64,000 bases of DNA, from NCBI GenBank assembly GCA_025201805.1, contig MU619397.1:236-64235 (forward strand). Reading direction: 5' to 3'. The notes beneath the pieces were generated by a model. The model was not told the origin of the DNA, did not search any database, and saw nothing but the letters and a program-made list of their open reading frames with translations. This document shows positions 1 to 14,783 of the stretch, in pieces; the stretch's first letter is position 1, and each line of letters starts with the position of its first letter. The translations under genes were made by a program, and so were the position numbers. Source of the DNA: Parasitella parasitica NRRL 2501 (lineage: Eukaryota > Fungi > Mucoromycota).

Positions 1-139
1 TGGTCTCATAGTTCATTTACTCTATCAGTATATTGATTATTTATTTAGCAAAAGAAGTTATATTTATGACAGTAAACAGGCACCAAATTTTCAATTACTG
101 CAATTAAAAGAACCCTTAATTAGCTACTTTATCAGGGAT

Positions 140-390
140 AGTGATGTATTACGGTTTTTATCATATATAAACGCTTTAAGGCTCAAACAATTGAGACAAA
201 TATCCATTCCTTTCAATAAATTCATACAGCAAAGTGCTATTGTCCGTTGAGCTAGTCATTTGCTTGTCTGGTCCAGAGTGCAGCTGTTGATTCCGATGTT
301 TTCGCTTTGCTAGTGCTTTACCAGATTGTTGAGGGCTTCTACTTTCTTGAGCTCAATGATTGCTAACTCATTATCACGACCACAACCTTA
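140..390 (-). pseudogene. Decayed fragment of a Mucorales PD-(D/E)XK (REase/Crinkler-like) domain gene
   Basis: Manual minus-strand translation gives DNELAIIELKKVEALNNLVKH*QSENIGINSCTL, then frameshifted LLYEFIERNGYLSQLFE. This resembles the E-x-K ... QQSKNxRxNxCIL ... G-Y pattern of this family (recalled, not searched). Internal stop and frameshift. Confidence 0.35.
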
Positions 391-943
391 GTTATTCAGT
401 TAAGGAGAAGGCCGTACTCCCATCCTTAAAGGCCGGATGAGCAGCACAGCTACTCCGAGATTCCATCCCTCTTTTCATTTAGTACTTGTTTCCAAAATAC
501 CAAAAACTTGAGTCTGAAGTATCCTTCCATTAAAAGGAATGAAGAGAAGAGTGAAGTTATGGAAACGTCAGACGGTATATATCATGCTGGAGTATCAACT
601 AGACAGCGTTAATCGATTACACCTACCGTGTACACATTTAACGTTAATACTTGGTACTACCAAGAACTGACATATATTTATATACTGCAATTAGCACATT
701 TCTCATTCTTTCCTTTTTCTCTTAAAAACAACCACTTTACTTATAACCAACATAGACTAGAATAGACTTTGGTAATAACTAAACGATCATACTTTTCTAC
801 TCATATAATTTGTGGGGCTATGTTTGATTGAAGCTGTTATAAAATAAAAAATCAACTATTTATTAATATTAATAAATGTGAGCGCGGAGAATGCTTTGGG
901 ATTTGAATGTGTAGGAGAAGAATATTTATTGATAATGTACAAT

Positions 944-2404
944 TTAATACAAAAAGAAAGAAGATGTAGTATAACCCTGCTCTTTTAACACCCAGGCTTC
1001 GTTTAACCCAGCTATGTATTTGGAAAACGTTGACCGAGGGGTTGTAAATATGCGTCTTGCATGTGCTGCTACCATAGCATCCACTAGTGGAATTAAAAAC
1101 GATTTTAATGATTTGTTGGGATTGTACAAGCAATGCATTTTGTCTAATGGATCCAATAATTCAGGCGGAATATCGCTCAACGTCAATGTGCAGGGAAAAT
1201 AATCAAACCATTCCAGCAGTCGGCTGTTTTCTCCACGAATGTCTTTGTGATCTGTTGCAATGTAAACGACTGCTCTTGATCCTACATTTTCCATTGATAC
1301 ACTAAAATCCGGCGACACATTTTCACAAACATTTGACCATGGCGGTAGCGATAAGTTATACTGTGGAATCACATCGATAGGTTGTTCTGGTGAGGGAGGA
1401 GGCTTTGGTACACTTGTGAGTACGCCAAATTCATCGTACGGTGGAAGTGGGGGTACGGGGATTCCCGTTGCTATTGACATGTTCCGTTCAAACTGGTGTA
1501 GATTCTCAATGGCGTATTTTTTAAACGGAAGGTCCCCCAAGCGAAAATGAACAGCGTTAAAGCTTGCTTTTCCGCCTAAATGCTGAACTATTCCTGCCAC
1601 TGTCTCTCCTAACGGGGTATCTAATCGATAATGTAATGTGGACGATATCAACTGTTGTAACTGAATATGTTCTGGTTTCACCATGTTCATACGAGTTGAC
1701 CCAAAAATGCCGCCTAAATGCAGCAGACGCTCTGTTCGTTTTTGCCAGTGTAATGGCGTAAAAATCTTGTAAAATTTACGGTCAGTGAAGCTATCAACAA
1801 AGTTTGAACCATTTTGGAGAATAGCTCTTGCTTCCTCAATGTCCTCATAAAGCCTCCAATCGTATAAGTGCTCATCATAATGAACAAAAGTGTCATTGTC
1901 GTAAATATTGAGGGCTTGTTGCAGCTTTGTGAATGACACGGTATCTATAAAGCGCATTTTCACATAAGGCTCGAGCATTGAAAAGTCATGTAATTGAGTC
2001 CATGGAATTGCAGCAAAATGATGGTATGCAGCACATCTGCTTCTTTGAGTGTAACTGTGAAGATCGCCTGGTGTAGGTGGTTGACAAATGAGGTCAAAGT
2101 CCTTGGGTGTGGTGAGCCAACTGAGGTGATCCAGTAGCTGGTCCATCTGCATCCAACCTGCCACATTTCCCAAGAATGCAGGTGGTATAATAAGCGTTCG
2201 TTTTAATAAGGCAGCTAATAGCAGAGCATTTGCTAATTCTATACGTTGATTAGATAACCCAGAATGGGGTAAATATGCTAGAAATTTTTCTTGTTGAAGA
2301 TCAATATGTAATGCATTTTGTGTATATAAAAAATAGAAGGACAGTAATATGCTTATAGTGAATGAAACAGCAATGATAAATGCGGATTTCTTTTGTTTGA
2401 TCAT
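944..2404 (-). CDS. O-fucosyltransferase-like glycosyltransferase (CigA-like), type II membrane protein
   Basis: Single-exon 486-aa ORF. N-terminal TM anchor, YLPHSGLSNQRIELANALLLA.. start motif, AVHFRLGD, YIATD and DAMVAAHA..STFS motifs of the O-FucT/GT-B family. Confidence 0.75.
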   Translation of the reverse strand: MIKQKKSAFIIAVSFTISILLSFYFLYTQNALHIDLQQEKFLAYLPHSGLSNQRIELANALLLAALLKRTLIIPPAFLGNVAGWMQMDQLLDHLSWLTTPKDFDLICQPPTPGDLHSYTQRSRCAAYHHFAAIPWTQLHDFSMLEPYVKMRFIDTVSFTKLQQALNIYDNDTFVHYDEHLYDWRLYEDIEEARAILQNGSNFVDSFTDRKFYKIFTPLHWQKRTERLLHLGGIFGSTRMNMVKPEHIQLQQLISSTLHYRLDTPLGETVAGIVQHLGGKASFNAVHFRLGDLPFKKYAIENLHQFERNMSIATGIPVPPLPPYDEFGVLTSVPKPPPSPEQPIDVIPQYNLSLPPWSNVCENVSPDFSVSMENVGSRAVVYIATDHKDIRGENSRLLEWFDYFPCTLTLSDIPPELLDPLDKMHCLYNPNKSLKSFLIPLVDAMVAAHARRIFTTPRSTFSKYIAGLNEAWVLKEQGYTTSSFFLY

Positions 2405-2540
2405 TGTGTCGTATATTGTAAAAAGAAGAAAGAGGGCGTGAAAAAAAGTTTTTTTTTTGGCCTAAATGTGGGATTACACTAGAGTATAAATATATCATGG
2501 CAAGTTACACAGAGAAGGGAGAAATCAATTTGTGTCATAT

Positions 2541-3135
2541 TTATAGACTCTTGACAACATTTTCTACCAAGCTAACATTCAAACCTGTAGTGTCAGGTTC
2601 GACAAACAGTTTTTTGACTTTGCCATCTTCCAAAATGGCAGCAAATCTCTTGAAACGACGATTGCCCAAAGCCGCAGATGCATCAAAGTCTAATTCCATA
2701 GCTTTTGCTAATTCGCCTTTGGAGTCAGCTAATAGGGTTACTTTATTGTCTGCTTTATGAGCTTTGCCCCATTCGGCCATGACAAACGCGTCATTAACAG
2801 CGACACAAGCGACCAATTCGACGCCTTTCGATTTCAATGCCTCTGCTTCCTTGATATAACCTGGCAAATGTGTTTTGCTGCATCCAGGTGTGAAAGCACC
2901 AGGTACGCCTATACTTTTATTCAGTATAACTGGCGTTTAACCCACCGCTATGCTGCTGCTACTTACCAAACAAGATGGACTTTTTGCCCTTGAATAAGTC
3001 TTGGGTCTTTACTGTCTCGCCAGGCGATTTCAGTTGAACTTCAATGTTGGGGATAGTATCACCTTCAGCAATAAGTAAACGACTGTTATTGGTAAAGCTT
3101 CTTCGTTGAATTTGAGAAAACGTAGTGCGCAACAT
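2541..3135 (-). CDS. Peroxiredoxin, Prx5/Ahp1/PMP20 type, with probable mitochondrial presequence
   Basis: Two exons joined give MLRTTFSQIQRRSF...LFG|VPGAFTPGCSKTHLPGY...AVNDAFVM..W. Intron GTAAGT..TAG at about 2909-2966. Confidence 0.92.
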
Positions 3136-3380
3136 TTTACGAGGAAGAGAAGCAAAAAGTGCGTATTTAGGGCAGGATACGTTTATAGCCAGAATCGCAC
3201 AATCTCCGGCATAACAACTAATTTAGGCATCAGCCCTAAAAGATGTAAATGCAGACCTAAGGAAAATGCGCTAAAGGTCACCTCTGTTCCAACATTTTGC
3301 CATCCTTCTATTTATGCCAATACTGGTATGTTTAAGCACGTACCATAGCGCCTCACTGATTTCGGAACGCCAACAGGGTT

Positions 3381-3411
3381 TATTGCTGACAAGATATTGC
3401 TGACAAGATAT
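3381..3411. repeat. 14-bp tandem duplication (TATTGCTGACAAGA x2)
   Basis: Read directly in the intergenic sequence. Confidence 0.8.
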
Positions 3412-3847
3412 AGATTCTCGGCTTTATCAAATATTCTTGATTTGCACTACAAGATATTTGATCTTTATGTACGAATTTTATGGGGTGTGGATGTTGAGAT
3501 AAATGAAAAAGCTCGTCATTTTCCAATATATAGCGTATAAATCACGCCAAATCTACACGAAATTGAACTTGTGAATGTTTCTATAAGGTATAATAGCAAC
3601 CAATGACAGTAAAAGACTTTTTAACAGAGCTCTAATCACCATTAAAAATGGCAATTATATGCATCTACTCAATGATACACATGTACAATTGCAGCGTGAG
3701 TCAAGAAAAAAAAAAAGCTGGCAGATTGAGCAAGATAAGATATTTTGCTTGATTGTAGTGCGTATAGAAATAAAAGTTAGTAATTTCATCGCTTCCATCA
3801 GCCTTTTTACTCTCTTTTCTTTCCATAATCTTTGAGGCATCCCCGTC

Positions 3848-5165
3848 ATGAGCTCTCAACAAACTTTTCCTATCGACAATGAGCTGTTCCAATTCTATAT
3901 TCATTACCAATTACGCCTAGTCAGGAAAAGCATGTTGTTATGGGGTGATAATAGCGAAAAGGATATTATTGTCAATATCTTGAATAATTGTCAGCATGTC
4001 GAAGGAAGTACGGCAACATATAAAGCAACACACACAGATAACCTAATTTTACTTTAAAAATAGACACGCTGCGTACAATTATTAACGAAATATTCGATAA
4101 TTCAATTCTCAAGCGTACTCATCACAAAGACAAAAGTCAAAAAACTACTGACGACGTAGTCGTATTCAACGGAAGGAACACAAACACCAAACAATCAGCA
4201 GTGTCTACTGATGAAGACGGTGAACCGTTATATCTTGATTCGAGTCATGAAGAGCCTAGAATCAAAAAAGCCAAAACTTCAATTACAAGTACGCAAACGT
4301 CTACCAAATTTAAAATGGAAAATTCAAAAGGTAAAAGAGAAATCTCCAAACTTCTTGAAAGGGTCTTGAACCAAGATGCTTCCAAAGGTTTGTACATCGA
4401 GCCATTAAATCATAAGAAATTTGCCAACTTGACATTTTGAGCCTATTAGAAATAAATTGTATGGTTAAATATAAAGAAAGAAGCAGATATGTATTCCACA
4501 CCAGAATGAAAACCTTGCGCGACAGTTTCAAAATCAATTATACATTTCCTGGAGAAAATTCCTCTCCTAGCACACCCAACTGCACATTTGAGGTGTTCAA
4601 ATTGTTCGACAATAGAAGCATTTTAGGTCAATGTCAACTTAACCTTACGTCGTATCGACTTGGAAAGCTAAGAGAAAAAGAGGAGCAAGTGTTGCCAATT
4701 ACGACAGTTCGAAACAACTATGAAAAGTACCACAGCTCTTTGAGGGGTATGTATCATTTGGAATAAAATCACTATGTCTATTCAATCTTTGTCTATTGAA
4801 GAAAGCTTAGACAATCCGACATTGTCTTACCGCGAATACGCAAGGTATTGTAAAATACTTGTTAAGGTTGTTGAAAGACTTGGAGCGTACCCGCTTTTCT
4901 TCCCAGAGATATTGCCTCCTAGTACCTTCAAAAAGGTAATAATGCAGTGATTAGGGAATGTTTGATATAGTCATTAAAATCTGACTAGGTGGCTCAAGAT
5001 GATTTCAGCAAGATTCAAGACTATTTTGACGAGCTATTTTCAGAATTCAGGGACATTGCAAGATTTGACGACAACGATGATTTGATCTTGACAGAAAGTG
5101 CTGGGTCGAGCAACTACTCTGATGAAAAAGACGCATATCATAGCCGATTCTTGAAAAATGAATGA
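3848..5165 (+). CDS. Hypothetical protein, orphan family copy A (5 exons)
   Basis: Four GT-AG introns join the ORF pieces into one frame (MSSQQTFPIDNELFQFY...SRFLKNE*). Same exon structure as 5931-7240. Confidence 0.75.
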
Positions 5166-5445
5166 AAAAAGAGATGGAAACAATAATATATTGAAGGCAG
5201 AGAGGCGTATCCATTCAGATATTTGTATTAGTATGCAAAACGCATCATTGATTTTACAATTTATCAACAATAAAAACAAAGAGTTATATCGCCTTTATAA
5301 AATGCATAGAGACTACTGAGCACCCAATGACCCTATTAAATACTTGAGTGGATTCTGTATTTTTAACCTATTCGACCAGAAATCGAAATTTGAAGATGTG
5401 CAGTACATCCAAATCCAACATTCCCCTAGCCCCCCCCCTCTTCCT

Positions 5446-5480
<35 letters not shown>

Positions 5481-5490
5481 NNNNNNNNNN
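5481..5490. other. Assembly gap (N run) after poly-T
   Basis: 10 Ns. Confidence 0.99.
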
Positions 5491-5600
5491 CACTAAGCAA
5501 CAACTATAGCGCAAATTATACTTCCCTCAGTAATATAACCAAGAAGTTGGTTATCGTCAATATATTAAATGAAATTAAAGATGCCAATGAAAGCAAGTAC
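5491..5600 (+). pseudogene. Relic of exon 1 of a third orphan-family copy
   Basis: KKLVIVNILNEIKDANES aligns with copy A EKDIIVNILNNCQHVEGS. It is followed by a splice-donor-like sequence, and the 5' part abuts the N gap. Confidence 0.45.
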
Positions 5601-5930
5601 CTCAAATCGTAAATAATCAAAAAATTAAGCTGTATTTAAAGCTAAGAGATCAACGCTTAAGAACTACAAATGAACCTGATTATTCTGTGTCGTTATCACA
5701 CTGGTAACATTTGACTTGACTAATAGTACCAGATAACCGCATTTGATTAATAGCGTGTATTCAATATCATTATTTTACGTATCTTGAAAAGCCTTTCTTA
5801 CAGCTGTATCACATACAGTAAATATAGAACCTTCAGTCATTGTTTATAAACTTGAAATAAGAAACGCGCCCCGTCTCCCAAAATCCCCTTTCTTTTTCTC
5901 TCTTATACCTTTACACACATTATATTCAAA

Positions 5931-7240
5931 ATGGCAATAAATGTCAAGAAAGAGCCTCCTACAGCTATTGACAACGAGCTGTTTCAGTTTTATACTCGAT
6001 ATCAAATGTGCCAAATAAAAAAGAGTACCTCTTTGTGGAATAACAGCAAGGAAAAAGAGGCTATGTTGACTATTCTCACAGAATTTGAAAATGTTGATGG
6101 CAGTAAGTTATATATGAATGTCATTCATACTCGTCTAACATTTTCTTATTAGACACTCTTCGTCTTATTGTAAACCAGATATTTGAGAATTCTATTCAAA
6201 AGTTTAATAATTCAGATAAAGAATCAGAAGGAATGAATGTAGACACTACTGTAATCCATTCAGCACCAACGAACGAAACTGGAGCAACAAAGATGGAAGC
6301 TCTTGAAAGTAAGCAAGATAACTGTGAAGACGAGTTGGAAGAAGCAAGCACAAGCGATAGTCATGCCAAAAATATGATTTCAGTCGTACCATTAGTAGAG
6401 AATGAAGCGCCTATCATTGTTCCCAAGAACATACAAGAGATCTTGTCACTCCCATCAATTGAAGGTTTGTAGATCAAAATTTAGTTTGAATAATGGGCCT
6501 AATATTGCTTCCAGAAATCCAACACATGACAACCCATATTGAGCGAAGCAAATATATACTCTTGAAAAGAATGAGGGTTGTAGATGAAAGCTTCAAGTTC
6601 AAGGCATCAGCTCAAAATGCATCGTATACTGTTCGTGTGTATAACTTGTTAGGCAATTCCCGTAGTCCCTTATACCAAAGCCAATTGAATCTCATTGCTT
6701 ATCGGTTTGGGAAAGTGGTTCAACATGAAACGCTTTATTCAAGTCAAAATGTAAAGGAAGTCGAACGAAAATTATATGGCGATTTAATTCGTATGCACAC
6801 TAGCACTATTTCTTGTACACGTTGCTCAAATTTTGTTCGTAGGAGAAATGAAAAAATTCGGAAGAAAATGGATTGCACCATATGCTAGATTCATCAGATA
6901 TAGCGAGAAAGTAGTAAAAACTGTCGAAAAAATTGGCGTTTACGCTTGTTTTATTCCAGAAGTACTGTCACCCTATGTATTACAAACTGTAAGTTATGCA
7001 AAATTTTCATATATGGCCTGACGCTAAATTTTTTATTGTTTTATGTGTACGTAGATTAGTCGAGAAAGGCTTCCTATTGTTCAGAAATATATTGACATGA
7101 GGTTTAGTCAGTTCAAATCTCTTGCTAAATACGAAACTGATGGAAAAATGATATTGACAAACTTGAAAACTTTGGGTAAAAATGTAAGCAAAAGAAATGA
7201 GGACTACAAGGAAAGTCGATTCTTGAATAGTTGCAACTGA
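5931..7240 (+). CDS. Hypothetical protein, orphan family copy B (5 exons)
   Basis: MAINVKKEPPTAIDNELFQFY...QLNLIAYRFGK...SRFLNSCN*. Four introns at positions equivalent to copy A. Confidence 0.75.
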
Positions 7241-7577
7241 AAAAAAAAAAGAATTCCTTTATGAACAAGTTTTACATAAATTCTCTCTCTCTTGAATTAA
7301 AACAAAAAAAAATCGTGTACAAATATTCTTGATGCTTTACAAATAAATACTCAGATTGTGTAAATGGTTTCTAAATGTACAGCTTAAAAAATATTGCATT
7401 TAACCTGATAATGCAAAATCCATTCACTTAACGTGCGATTGAGTAAAAGCTAAACGAAGAAACGTTTTACAGTATATGGCCAAGTATATGAACCCAGGCA
7501 ACATCATATCAAAAAATTATCGTGGTTATATATGGATCAATTTTTGTTTATTTAAAAATAACAAAAAATCGAAAAAA

Positions 7578-8043
7578 ATGGAGCGACAGCAAGATGCTGT
7601 GAGCAAGAGAGTGGTATTCGGTCCAGACGAGTGGAGCCCGGAGAGTTTTCAATACGAAAACAGCAAGAATGGTGCACGATGGGATTCTGATCAGAGGGTA
7701 ACTGTTTTTTTTTTTTNNNNNNNNNNTTTTTCAATTTTCGTTTTTTTTTTATACTGTTTTTTCAATTTTTTTTCATGTTGATTTTCTTCGATTTTGTAGA
7801 GCGTCGAGGAGCGAGGCAGAGAACGCCACAGCAAAGTTTCCCGAGTGAGAGCCACAAAAAAGCAAGGATGGAGTACTTGCTGATCTGGATCCGCTTTTTT
7901 TTTTTTTATAGAATGAGCAATTTTTTATAGAGGAGATGAGGAGAGCAGCAGCATAAAAAAAGAGACAAAGAGAAAACCGAGTATGTTCAGATGCTACAGG
8001 AAGGAAATGGATGAAATAGACATAAGGGTATTGAAAGAATAAA
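7578..8043 (+). CDS. Small hypothetical charged protein (exon structure uncertain, interrupted by N gap)
   Basis: ATG in A-rich context, MERQQDAVSKRVVFGPDEWSPESF..., donor GTAACT, pyrimidine-rich intron ending TAG. No family recognised. Confidence 0.35.
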
Positions 8044-8403
8044 ATAAAAATGATAATGATGGTGAGAACAGAGCGTTTAGCCTTTTCTTTACAATGCCAC
8101 TGTCAAGAAGAGTTTTCCGGGGTCACCAACTGGGAGGTACACTCAAATGATCCCCATATAATAAATGTCAGGAAGAATGAGAGATAAAGGGCATAATTGT
8201 ATACAAAATTATTGAACTGAAAGAGTGCAGGTATATATACTATAATTTAGTGTGAGAGCAAAATCCTGCTACTCTCATCTGACACCTTATATTTTATGTT
8301 TACATTCCATAAATTGCATAATCGTCATTTCATTAGCAAAACAGGGAGAGCTTATGTAAAAAATCAGGTGTTATTGTTGCTGTTTTGGCGTGTGAATTCG
8401 TTT

Positions 8404-9012
8404 TTATTTCTTTTGCTGGAAAGCTGCTAGTTTATCCTTGAACGTTACGTCGACAAGCAGCTTTGCAAAATCATCAAAGACAGGATCCTGATCTCTTAAT
8501 AAATCCAAATCTTTTTCAGGCTGATTTGAAGCGTCTAATTTGGCAATGATCTCTCTCAATTGAGAATATTCAAGGAACCCATGAACCTGTTTTGAATAAG
8601 CGAGCTTTTCTAAATCTTGAGGCGTTAGCCTGCTCGGGTCTACTTCGTCAGGTGCACTTGTGGGCGTAATCTCCTTTCTCTGTTGCTGCTCTAGATTATC
8701 TGATGAGTTTTCGCCGCAACATTGTAGTCGAATAAACAAAACAAATACCTGTTGATACAGCAGACACTGGAGGTTCGCATGATATTTCTACAAATACGCA
8801 TCAATATGTGTCGACAGTTGTGCATATTGTTGGTAAGTTTCTGTTACCTTTATGTTCTTTATAACAAATCAAGGAGCAGCTGCACGATAATGAGGCATAA
8901 GTGACAAGAAAAGACGAATAATGAAATGCTACTAGATACTTTACTATGGCGCTCTACATTGTGGGCATTTGTATTTGGATTCTTCTTTCTCACACACTTT
9001 GCAAATTACCAT
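8404..9012 (-). CDS. zf-HIT domain protein (Hit1/ZNHIT3-like)
   Basis: MVICKVCEKEESKYKCPQCRAP|YCSLICYKEHK zf-HIT motif split by an intron, plus a C-terminal helical domain (DPVFDDFAKLL). Confidence 0.85.
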
Positions 9013-9374
9013 TTTGTTGTGAGGAGCTGCAATTGATGAAATAGGAAACGGAAGAGTTTTCCCTTGAAAACGAATGCCATGACAAGCCACTTTGGGCGAT
9101 TTGCATTAACAACAAACAATCTGTTTATGCATGGCAGCTTTTGCAAGAGGACTCGCTGGCTTACAAGTAAAACAACAATAAAAAATTAGCCTACTGAGCA
9201 TTGCATAAAGGCGTATCTCGATGAAATAGCAATCATACATGTAATACATTCAAGGTAGGATTATAGACAATAGCTGACTCTTTAAACTCAGTGATGGAAG
9301 AGAAGAGCTTTTCAAAAGAAACCAAGGAGGCTTTTGCTTCTTTTTTTTTTTTACGGAAGCCTACCATCTTGAAT

Positions 9375-10134
9375 ATGAGCTTATTGAGACGATTCAAAGC
9401 GACTGACTTGTTCGAGTTCAACAACATGTAATTAAATAAAACGCACAGCCCAAAAACTTGACTAACTCACAGCGGAATATAGCAATCTTGACCCTTTGAC
9501 CGAGACGGTAAAGTCTAGGCACATGTATGAAAAAGACACGCGCGCTTACATGGTTTCGAATATAGTACAACATCTCATTCTATCTTCAATACCTAGCTCG
9601 TTGGCCTGATTTATTCAGTGTTCAAGTCTCTCCCCACACTAGATTGATGGGCTATGGTAAGTAGGTGTTGTCTGCGTGCAACCATACAGAAATACTGACG
9701 ACAGTGTAGTGATGGGAAAGACTGAAGGCACAGGTAAAAACTGGCATGGTCATGTTACGGCAATCACAGTAGCACCAGAATATCGCAGACTAGGTCTTGC
9801 TGATGGCATGATGAATCTGCTGGAAGAAGTGTCTGACAAAGCGTACAATGGATGGTTTGTAGACCTCTATGTTAGAATGTCCAACTCGGTCGCTATAGAC
9901 ATGTATCGTAAATTTGGATATTCGGTTTATCGACGAGTGCGAAACTATTACGCAGGACATACAAATGAAGATGCTTATGGTATGCGAATATGGCGATTGC
10001 TTGTCACGTGAACTAAACAAACAATTCAATTAGATATGCGAAAGGCTCTACCAAGAGACACGCAGAGGGAAACAATAAGAGAGAATGGCGAAAAGGTCTT
10101 TATTAATCCAGAGGATATAGATTCATGGCGTTAG
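9375..10134 (+). CDS. NAT3: NatB N-terminal acetyltransferase catalytic subunit
   Basis: Five exons: MSLLRRF..NI|NLDPLTET|YNISFYLQYLARWP..|VMGKTEG..WHGHVTAITVAPEYRRLGLA..FVDLYVR..|DMRKALPRD. Confidence 0.93.
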
Positions 10135-10186
10135 ATTTCACATTAAAATAAACAAAAAAAAAAAAAAAAACCCAAAAAACCAGCAA

Positions 10187-12973
<2,787 letters not shown>

Positions 12974-13706
12974 TTAAAACACAAATGAAAAGAACAGAGA
13001 GAGAGAGAGAGAAAGAAAAAAANNNNNNNNNNNNNNNNNNNNAAAAAAAAGGACAAGGGGAAAGGGGTTATATGAGCAGCGAGCAGCGAGCAGCGAGCAA
13101 CGAATGGATTCATCTTATTTCATGTCTTCCGTATATATCTGTGTTATTGTTTACTTGGATCTTTCCAAATTAGGATTTGCTCATGATGGATGAAGAGAAA
13201 CTCTTGTATTGTCTATAGTCTTGTTACATAATGCCGTAATATGATCAAATCAGAATCTTGCTTGATTATTTCGTTGTCCTTTAATATAGCGCCATGAGGC
13301 TGATATTATATGGCTTCTACTGACCACGGCGACTGGATTGCAATGCCAGTTGCAACCAGCTGTCCAAGGCCTTATTTTCGTTGCTCTAATGCAAACATCC
13401 AAACCCCATCTAAAGATGCTTCACTACTACCAATTGCACCAGATTTGCCTCTATGGAAGGTGTAATCCCTTGAGAAATAATGATAAAACATACACAAACC
13501 TGTTTTCAGCCAAACAAGACGGGTGTTCAATCCAGCCACCAGTCTTTTTTGACTGACCTTTTTGTGGCATGAATGGTAAGAGTGCTATAGTTTGCAGGAG
13601 GACAATCAGCTTGCCTCTAGCCGTCTAATACCAAACGCTTTTTCATATCCATATATCACTTTCCATTTAATCTGTAAATATATATATATATACACGAAAA
13701 ACTGAT

Positions 13707-14783
13707 ATGGGAGTCCATGGCACATGGTTATTTCTGGAGGAAAAGGGCATACAAGGGACCAAAGTATGCAGTGCAAAATCCATCAACTTTTTGCTGGACG
13801 ATGCCGGTGTGGAAAATGTAATCCATGTAGATGTCGTAAGCGCATTTTACGATATTATTCGAGACAACTTTTTGAAATACGCCAGCAAAAGGAACGACGA
13901 AACAATGTTACTCACAGCGGCAAATACAGTCATGAAGTATGCGTCTTTAGTGGTCGACAAATCCAACTGCATTCTCTACTTTGATGGTAATCCCACAGCT
14001 GAGCGCACGTATGGATACACGAACAGCACAAAGCGAAGGCTGAAAAACCAGGACCATTTGGAGACTATCATTACAGAATACTTGAAAACTCCCAGCCATC
14101 AACAATACCAGAAAATCGTGAGAGATATAACCAAGCTGTTCTTTATCACAACAGAAATAAAAAGCATTTTACGTCAGGTGGCAATGAGCCAGGGCTGGAA
14201 GGTGTTTACTGCTATCGGTGAGGCAGAAGTAGAAATTGGAATACGAGGCGGTATTGTCATGTCGAATGATTCTGATATGCTTTATTATCCCAAGGTTGAA
14301 ATGGTGATTAGGCCACACATTTTAGGAGAATTTCAAGTGTACCGCAAGTCTGCGATGCTAAAGAAACTTGGTCTGACCAGTGAAGCGTTTACCGCCCTTG
14401 GTATCATACCTACAAACGATTACGACGAGTTCCAGTACCCTTATTCCACGCTTAAACACGATGGACAGACTTACAAACGAGCTTTTCAAGAAATATTCAG
14501 CGACATCAAGCACATCCAGTCAGCTCTGCTGAAGAACCCATATATTCACAATACTCTACCCGTTCATCATACCGTGAAAGATTATCTCGAATGCTACATT
14601 TCTTTAATGAATAGCAAGCATAATATCCAGCAGAGCGAGAAAAATATTAGTATTTATCAAAACTCGTACAACATCTTTGTGCTCCAGCGACAGCAAATAC
14701 TGCCAAGATCCTTTGATTTTCGCGAAGATGCCATCAAACGGCCGTCTTATTTTTTTAATAAAATCCAGGCAGATCGTAGATGA
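13707..14783 (+). CDS. PIN/XPG (FEN1-like) nuclease-domain protein, intronless
   Basis: MGVHG..L start, HVD, YFDG, GEAE, SNDSDML and LG..TNDY acidic motifs in FEN/XPG order. Confidence 0.75.
   Translation: MGVHGTWLFLEEKGIQGTKVCSAKSINFLLDDAGVENVIHVDVVSAFYDIIRDNFLKYASKRNDETMLLTAANTVMKYASLVVDKSNCILYFDGNPTAERTYGYTNSTKRRLKNQDHLETIITEYLKTPSHQQYQKIVRDITKLFFITTEIKSILRQVAMSQGWKVFTAIGEAEVEIGIRGGIVMSNDSDMLYYPKVEMVIRPHILGEFQVYRKSAMLKKLGLTSEAFTALGIIPTNDYDEFQYPYSTLKHDGQTYKRAFQEIFSDIKHIQSALLKNPYIHNTLPVHHTVKDYLECYISLMNSKHNIQQSEKNISIYQNSYNIFVLQRQQILPRSFDFREDAIKRPSYFFNKIQADRR

Noticed and set aside
2541-2552. Peroxisomal PTS1 on the peroxiredoxin
   Set aside because: The C-terminus is KSL, not a canonical SKL-type signal.
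13023-13042. N runs (also 7717-7726) as structural features
   Set aside because: Assembly gaps at homopolymers, not biology.
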